A stretch of 64,000 nucleotides of DNA, taken from assembly GCF_009914755.1 (NCBI RefSeq), contig NC_060931.1; one strand, 5' to 3'. Below, piece after piece: positions 55,985 through 64,000 of this stretch. Every line of letters starts with the position of its first letter. The first letter of the stretch is position 1. A program made the position numbers and the translations under genes. This stretch comes from the human T2T-CHM13v2.0 reference genome, Homo sapiens. Below the pieces are notes generated by a model. That model was not told where the DNA came from and did no database searches. It saw only the letters and a program-made list of their open reading frames with translations.

Positions 55985-56165
55985 CATGATTTATTTGTTG
56001 TTCTCTATGTAATGGACACTATACATAAATTATCCCACTAAATCCTCACAGCACCATGAGTTGTTTTACTGTTTTAACAGATGAGGAAATGGGCATGGGG
56101 AGGTTAGGTACTTGCCCCAGATCGCACAGTGAAAAGCTGGAGTTAAAATCTTGCTCTGTTACCTT
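55985..56165 (-). mobile_element. MIR
   Basis: AATCCTCACAGCACCATGAG...TTTTAACAGATGAGGAAATGG...GAGGTTAGGTACTTGCCC. Confidence 0.85.
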
Positions 56166-56904
56166 CAGAGGTAGCTTTTGAGCTTAGAAGGATTCCATGC
56201 TAGACAAGCCAACATCTACCTCATTGGTGGTCTAGAGTCTGTTTGCAAAGAAACATGAGTAATCTCCCAATACTGGCCAGAATTCTCTCTCATTAAGTTA
56301 AGGTGAATCTCCAATCTTGGCATAAGGAGAGGCTTTAAAACCTGCAACAATTCTCAGAAATAATTCCACAGTTAACACATTTACAGGCTTGATCAACCAT
56401 TGTTAATCACACACGTAAAGCCCTGAATTATCGCCATTTCAAATATTGAGAGAAATGTCTCATTTACTTCTTGGAGGAAGTAAGAATCAAGAGGAGATAG
56501 GGCAGAAGATATCATTCTTTTTTTTGAGACTAAGTCAATTTGTCCCCTACTGCTTTTGTAACCAATTGCTCTTTTATTAGGACTGCTTAAAGGAGAACAA
56601 TGCCACTTGTTGTAAAATTTCTGTTTAAGCAAAGTTGGCAGGTAGGCCCAAAGAGATTAGTTCATTTTGAGAAGCTCTTTACCAATGGAGAGAAAAAACA
56701 CATTTCAAGAATGGACTGCAATACTGAGACACAACCTGAATCCAATGTATTTGTAAATATGGAAACCAACTGTAAGGCCAGCATTTAGTGGATGGCCAAG
56801 AAAAAGCAATAAACGTTTGAAAGAAAAAGACATGACATATTACTTTGACAATAAAATACAACCCGTGCTGAACCATCCAAATCATAATGAAAGCCAAATT
56901 TAAT

Positions 56905-57100
56905 CACATATTTATCAAGATTATCTTATATAACTCTCCCCCCAAAACCTGTGGTTGTTAATATTCCCCATTTTACAGATGAGGAAACTGGGATTAAGAA
57001 AGTTTGGTGACTTTATCAAAACTATTTGCAAACTGTGGGCCCAAGATTAGAACACAGAGAATTCAAATCCGTAGCCCACGTTCTCAACCATTTCGCTACT
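56905..57100 (-). mobile_element. MIR
   Basis: CCCCATTTTACAGATGAGGAAACTGGG core. Confidence 0.88.
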
Positions 57101-57439
57101 CTGAATTTATCATATATTATATAAATGAGAAAACTTACTAATAACTCATGACTTCTTACAATATGGCAACTTTTGCACTATGGTTAAGCAAATTTATAAG
57201 CCTGAAAGAGAGCCAGGATCTTATGTTGTTTAGAGAATATATACAATTTTAAGTTGGGTAGTATAGCAAGGATTTTAAATTGCAGCATTTGGCAAATATT
57301 TTAAAGCTCTTTGAGTATAATGGAAAACAAATTTTGTCAAACATATAGAAGATATGGTCATAAAGATAGAGTCAAAAGTTCTAATCACTAGCTAATGTCA
57401 CCATGATCTAACAGGCATTTATAGAATCTTTTTTCATTT

Positions 57440-57690
57440 TAGACAGTGTGATATTGATCAAATCAATAAAGTATAAAATTTGGAGCCATATATTCTAGGC
57501 TCACATTTCAACCCGAGGCAAGAAACTTGCTTCAACTCTTTGAGCCTTAGCTGCTTGAGGATGTTCAACAAGCAAAAAATATGTATTGAACAATAATACT
57601 TATTACAATGCCTTCCGACACCAATATTTTATTTATACTTTTATTTGAGAAAATATTAATAAAAATTTTACATAATGATTGGGTAGTATT
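57440..57690 (+). mobile_element. MIR (degenerate)
   Basis: TTTGGAGCCA...CTTCAACTCTTTGAGCCTTAG. Confidence 0.45.
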
Positions 57691-57729
57691 ATTTCACAAT
57701 ACTAGGGAGGCTTACCAACTGCTTACTTG

Positions 57730-58628
57730 TCATCCCTACTTGAATGTCTCAAACATATTTTATGCTAAATACAACCACCACTTAACTACTCCATTCAACA
57801 TGTTTCCTAGCACAGGAACTGGTACCGCCATACACTCGATACTCAATCGAGAACCCTGGGTGTAATACTTGTGACCTCCCTCAACTCACTTGCCGTGCCC
57901 TGTTCACCCCAAACCTGTTGCATGTGCCCTAGTTATTGACATACCTACTATCACCTTCATTTCTCACCCAATGCTTGTAAAAACTTTTAAGCAACCTTTC
58001 ATGTTTTTTCTTGACCATCTCCTTTCTATCCTCCACTGCACAGCCAAAGTGAAATTTTAAAATTACAAAAGTAACCATGTTATTCTTCTTTCTAAAACCC
58101 TCTAGTAGTATTCCACTGGTCTTAGGGTAAAGTCCAAAGTCCTGATGAGGCTCCCAAGACTCTTCCTCACCTTGCAGGGTAGGGGTCTTCCCCTCACCTC
58201 ACAGGCCATTCTCACCTGTGGCTGCTCCCCAGCGTTGCTGTCTAGATGTCAGCAATTCCCAAGGTTCTGCCTCACACCACCTCTTCCTCACATCTCAGCT
58301 ACATCATGCTGTTCCCCTGTCCTGGGATATTCTGTCTTCCCTTGGTTGATTTCTATCGATCTTCAAAATCTACTAGTTGACATCATTTTCTTAGCAAGTC
58401 CTTTTCCAGTCCATTGAACTAGGGTAGATTCTTCTGCTAGTAAATAACTTTTACTTTTACTTTTCTTCTGAAAATAGTCATGACACTTACATTTCTTACT
58501 TTATGAGCTTGTCTCTCTTGTTCACAGCTCTAGCTCTGGTGCCCATTGTGGTTCCTGATATGTAGCAGGTCATCCATAAATATATTGATATTTCAAAAAC
58601 TGATGTAGCAGATAAGTGAAGAATGAAA
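57730..58628 (+). mobile_element. L2 ORF2 end and 3' terminus
   Basis: CTCCACTGCACAGCCAAAGTGA...TAAAGTCCAAAGTCCT...CTTGTTCACAGCTCTAGCTC...CCTGATATGTAGCAGG..CCATAAATAT. Confidence 0.85.
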
Positions 58629-60619
58629 TAACAATACTAAGCATTCAGTTGTCTGGGATAGGAATCAATATATTTCATCTTGGGAACTATTGAGAGGACT
58701 GCAACATTGGCTGTGGGTGCCACTCCAACTTGTCAACTATGTTGGAATTTCATGTAAATATTCAGTGCAGTGACAGTACCACATTTCCTTCTATCTTTAG
58801 ATGCAATAAGAATATTGTAAGAACTACACAAATTTGGTAGATATAAGAGAATAAATGAGATTGTTAAAATGTAAAAGATTGAAAGTACAACAAAGATCAT
58901 GTAATCAGGTGAGTGTTTATTACTTCCTTCGGAGTAGATACTCTGAAACACATATGTATCCTAAGGAATGTTTCCATCTTTTATGATACTTGAGAATTTT
59001 TCTTTTTAAGTTTTATTAAGGGCAATAAAAACTTTCTTTGGAATGTCTCCAGTGATTACGAATATTTGATCTTTAAGAACATCTTTGAATTTTTAAACCA
59101 TCCAAATTTAAGAACTACATGATGTAGATAATTGCCAGGATAAAATGTTATCTTTGACTTTGAAAATAAAAGTAGAAAAGTAATGAAATTGAATTTGGAG
59201 GATGAGTCTTAAAGTCTCCAAGAACAATTCTTAAATGATTTCAAAACATTTAAAACAATGGAATAGGAAGATTTCAAATGATGAATATTCATTTGTTTGC
59301 CTGGGGCTAGGGATATTTATATAAAAATCTGAACTATGGGCCCTAAAGCTAAGTGCTGAAACGCAACTGTGGCCTTCCTGCTCCAGAAATTACTATCTTC
59401 TGTCCAAGTAAAGTGGTTCCTGTACCTCCCTCTGATTCCACAGCTATTCTGTAGATTGATGGGTTTATTTATTTGCTTATTTATTTATTTCCTTATTCAT
59501 TTATTATAGTTAACATATATATTGTGATCAAAACTTATGTGTTAGAGAAGGGACATATAATGATGACCTAAAAAAACTCAGTTTGTGGGGTGGGTATCAG
59601 GGCAAAATTCACGATTATAAGCACAGACAGCAGAGGTGATGGTGTGTAAGGGTGTTATGGAGGTTTACTTAAAGGAAGAACTTGAGCTAGTTGCAAAATT
59701 CCCATTACTATTATGATAAGTGCTCTTCCTCATTATGAAATATTTATGTTTGCACTAAAGAGTCTAGAGCATGTTTCCTTGTATTTTAATAATGCTTCAT
59801 GGGCTATGTTTGCTGTGGATGCTATTATTTTTTGCATAATTAAGTAATGAAGCAATTAGCACAGCAGGCACATGTCAACTAGATAGTGGTTAAAATTTGT
59901 GATTAACTAGAATTTTTTGCCGTGCTTGCCAATATTCCTCTTATTACCAAGTGAAGCTGTACTTTTCTCACTATGAAGAGATTGGGTTCCCACATATTTG
60001 CTTTGCCTATATAAGTGGATGAATCTTAGCAAAAATATCTCGATGTGAAAGTATGCACTGAAGAGCTGTCTGTAAAGATCTGTGAAATAAATGACTAAGA
60101 AAGAACATTAATTAGGTCAAACAAAAATATTAAGGAATAAGCATTTTGCAGATTGCCTAAATTGGCAGTTTTCTCCTCTACAATCTACCAAGTGATATTA
60201 TAGCTCTTCAACTGTTTTACAGTATGCCTATATACCCTCTGACAAATGGACAGATACTTTAAGGTTAGGAACTTGCATAACTATGAATGGGGAAACTGAC
60301 CCTTATAAATTCAGACTTTGTGGCTCCATTATGTAGACAAACTGGGAAGAAAAGGTAATTCATCCAGGCTCAAGGTCCACGTGTAATTTTATTCAACAGG
60401 CATACATTGTGTACCTGCTCTGTGCCAGCACTTTGCCCTATACTCTGAGCCAAAGATGAGTAAGAAGTGATGTTCCAAAACACATAGTAAGTGCCAAAAA
60501 AAGTTTGCTAAATTTTGACAAGTCTTCAGAATTTTCAAATTGAGTCTTCATAATCTGGAATCTAGGAATATTTTTTCAAGATTTCTGAAGGAGAGTAAAA
60601 TTAAATAAGAAACTGGTGA

Positions 60620-60770
60620 GAACAAAAAGTCCAGGCATTAAGTCTAAGGATTAAGTCCCTCCTTTGCTTCTTACTTGCTAGATAAATCCAAAACTTCTTT
60701 GAATTCAAAATATGTGGATAATTCCTGTCCTGCCAAGATGTAGGAATTTAACCAGACTTAAAATAGATAA
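60620..60770 (+). mobile_element. MIR (degenerate)
   Basis: AAGTCTAAGGATTAAGTCCC...CTTACTTGCT...AAAATATGTGGATAAT. Confidence 0.4.
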
Positions 60771-63700
60771 TGGATTTTAAAATATTATTCAAATTTTTCT
60801 TTAAAGAAGTTTTATTTTTAAGCCATTGCAAGGCAATTGTTCACTTAAAGAGCAAGAAATAACTCAGTGTAATTCTTTCATTGACACCAACAATACTATA
60901 CAAACCAAAAAGATTTCATTTCTATCCATTTCTGATATAAGCATTAACCTAAGGCCACAATTTCTCTAGCCATTCCAGTGCCTATTCTGTATGTGGATAA
61001 GTAGATTAACTTGATTTAATCACTGTTTAGGTGAAAAAGAAATCCATCTATGGTGAATTTTTATTAAGTCAGAATTGGAAAATATGTTCTTCACATTTCT
61101 CAAGGTGATTTAACAGCTCAAAGTGTCTTAAATCCATATCAATAGTCTGGCAAGTACGATAAACATCATAGAGTTCTAGGACCTAGCTTGAAGAACTTAG
61201 CTCCTGTGTGACTTTTGCTGAGAATCTGAAAATGAAGACCCAGCGGAATCCTTACCTCAAAGCTAAAATAAAGTATAAAGAAACCAACACTGGAAGATAA
61301 CCATTTTGCAAAAGTACAAACCTAACTGATAGAGGAAATGGTAAAGAAAAATCAGAAAAAAAAATTACATTAAAATTGTGGTCTTAGATTATATTGGCTT
61401 AAATGGAATACGAGAAAGTGGCTGCAGTAAAATAAAGGTTGGAGCAAAAAGTTTCACAAGTAAATTTGGGATTAGGATCTTCCGCAGAATTTCTTAGACA
61501 TGTGCTGGTAAAAAGGATCTTTACTACATGCTCACGAGATGTTTTTATATTTCCCATTTTACTGCCTTTGCAATACCCAAAACAAAATAATAGAGTTGTA
61601 AAATGTCTCCAGCATGGACTCTCCATGATTAGTACTCCATCTGAGCTCCTACTGATTTAGTATCTGTAAGGCACACTGAACCAGAAGCCAACTGAGGGAT
61701 GGACAAGTTTGATGTCAGAAGTTTAAAACAAACTGCAAATGCACTTCTAAGGATGTGGCAAATTCCATAATAAATTTACTAGAAGACTAATTAGGAAAAA
61801 GCAAAATTTCCCCTGCCATCTGGGGAGGGATTTGGATGCTCTACCTAATAACCAGATATTTGCTTTACCAACTTTCAAGCTTGTTCTCTCAAGGGTGAAA
61901 TTTTATGTGGATCCTAAAATAGTGTCTTGGAAAAAATATGATATTAGCCCTAAGGATATGTGTGATTTTCAATTTGATGACAAATGATTACCTCCCTAAG
62001 ATTTTGAGAATAATAAGTCCCATTTGTAGATAGTGCTTACATACTGAGTGGGCCTACACATCTCCCTCTCTAGTTCAAGATGGAAAGTCCTCTCTGGAAA
62101 TCAAAAGAGTACTTTCATGCAGAAAGTATTCAGACCTGCGTTGGGGTTGTATGGAAATGTAAAAGACTATTAAAAGTAGTAAAGATGTATAGATTACTTA
62201 AAGTTACACCTATTGTTGATAGAGGGGACTTGTGGGATATATGTGGTGTGTGTGTATGTTTGTGTGGAGAGAGAGAAACTTTTAAAAGTGAAAACCAAAA
62301 TTATGCAGGTTATCACTTTACCAAATTCCTCTTCAGTGATATTCTCCTGCGAGTGTTTTAAAGTCCATTTTTCCAAAACAAATTTATAGAATGGTTTTCT
62401 TTGGTGTCTCATATATACTGGAAAGAACTTCAAATGCTAGTGTGCACACATACCTTGGCATTACTGAATAAAGCCTGTAGAATGAAATACTGCAACATCT
62501 TTGATGGCATTGATTTGGGGAAGAGGTCTCCTTTTTGGCAGTAGAAGATAGAAAATTCTATCAATTTTTCTGACTTTATTCACACAGTAAATGAAAGTGA
62601 AAAAGAATACCTCTGAAAGAGCACAGAATCAGGAGGTCCTCTTTTACTATGGGAACTTAGGAAACTTCTTTCAATATGATACATTTTTATGTAACAAAGA
62701 ACAAAGCTTAAGAAATAGTACAGCTGGTCTTTTATAGTGAATAAAATGGTTTCCTCCAAAAGACATGAGGTTCACAACCATGGGCCTCTGTCCCTTCATT
62801 TTAAAATATGGTACTCCCAGTTCTAGCAGAGAGCAGTGCAACTCCACCCCCTGGGAAAAAAGCTGCATGTTCCCTTTCTTCCCATTTCTGTTGCTCACTT
62901 AACACAGCATGGGCACAGTAGTTTTTTAATAGATTAATGTCAATACTTGTCCATCATACTGAAATATTAAAGTCAGTTCAATCTTAGGAGAAATACAAGC
63001 AACCTTTATGCTAATATTGAGTAGCATATGAGAGTAAGGAATTTGTTTAATCTAACTTGCCCATTCTTAAAGCCGAAAAGTTTGTCTGCCTTGTCGTGTT
63101 ACGTGTTTGAGCCGTGTGGGTAATTATTCTGTGCCAGCAAGTGTAGTGCCTGGAAATGAACAAAAGCTTCACACAAAAGGATTTTTCTATTTTCCGTGGG
63201 TAGAATTTGTACCAAAGCCTTAGTGTCACGAATATCCCATTGTACATTTTCTATTTTTTTTTTACCTAATAAACTTAATACTGAAAAATAGGAGGAAAGG
63301 AAAAATGTTTCTATAACTCTCATAAATACACATATGCATCATACCACTTCTGACACATCCATTCTGTAGACTTATAGATATTTTAAATGTATCTTTTTAA
63401 TAACATTGAATGCTTTCAAATATTGATTATTCAGCAGTATTTCTTCCTTCCCTCTGTGGTTTTAGCCTATCCTGTGGTGTGTGTTGATGAAAAGTCTTGT
63501 AATAGATTGAGCCTTCACTGAAATTTATTGTCCTTTTTAGATGATATATATAAATATCCTAAATGAAATGTTGGCACCACCACCAAAGTACTAAAATATG
63601 TCATCATTTCTCTCCAGCAATTTCATATTTTACCTGTGTTTGATGTTAATGTGAATGTTATATTTGGGCTCAATAAATATACGTTAAGAAGAAAAGTAAA

Positions 63701-64000
63701 TGTCAATAGGCTTCTTGAACCCTTTCATTAAATAGTTGTGTTGCATGAAAATACATCATAAACATAAGAGGCATTGTAAGTCTTGTTTATCAACATTATG
63801 GAGTACCGTATATTTAAAGGATTTATATTTGCATCAACGTGCATTTCCGTAAAGAACAGGCTAAAGTTCTAACACAAATTCTTCAAAAATGTCTTAGAGG
63901 AGGAATAATTTTATGTTAGTCATTTTGTGAATGTGGTTACTACTAATAATTGTATTTTTAAGTATCAAATGTCCAAAAAAAAAAGAAAATGTTCAGAAAA

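Noticed and set aside
59278-59332. ATGATGA...CTGA as a possible C/D-box snoRNA (similar C boxes at 23189, 44039)
   Set aside because: Too short, no terminal stem and no recognisable rRNA guide; these motifs are expected by chance.
61436-61452. GGTTGGAGCAAAAAGT resembling a MADE1/mariner end
   Set aside because: No matching inverted arm nearby.

Overview
AT-rich primate (human-like) non-coding DNA, intronic or intergenic. I cannot name the locus. I find no credible protein-coding gene, RNA gene or CpG island. The ORFs in the supplied track are Alu, L1 or microsatellite read-throughs, or short random ORFs; the only real protein similarity is decayed L1 ORF2. The window holds about 18 Alu/FLAM elements, three L1 remnants, three MaLR LTRs (two MLT1, one THE1), many MIR/L2/L3 fragments, hAT DNA-transposon fragments (MER5, MER20, MER45) and microsatellites. 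Repeat families were recognised by eye from remembered consensus motifs. Alu, THE1 and L1PA boundaries are close to exact; MIR, L2 and MER boundaries are approximate, and subfamily labels are tentative. I found no evidence of a new biological system. The most unusual structures are: (1) a three-part chimeric Alu enclosed by one perfect 16-bp target-site duplication (TSD) at 1869-2330; (2) an indel-free ~204-bp local duplication offset by 1201 bp, with a perfect 40-bp 3' end that runs into a fold-back hairpin and an Alu insertion site (42926-44664); (3) a GAA/GGA purine tract replacing the middle linker of an AluJ, the same architecture as the FXN repeat; (4) an internally deleted L1M with a nested THE1; (5) several hairpins and candidate non-coding exons.
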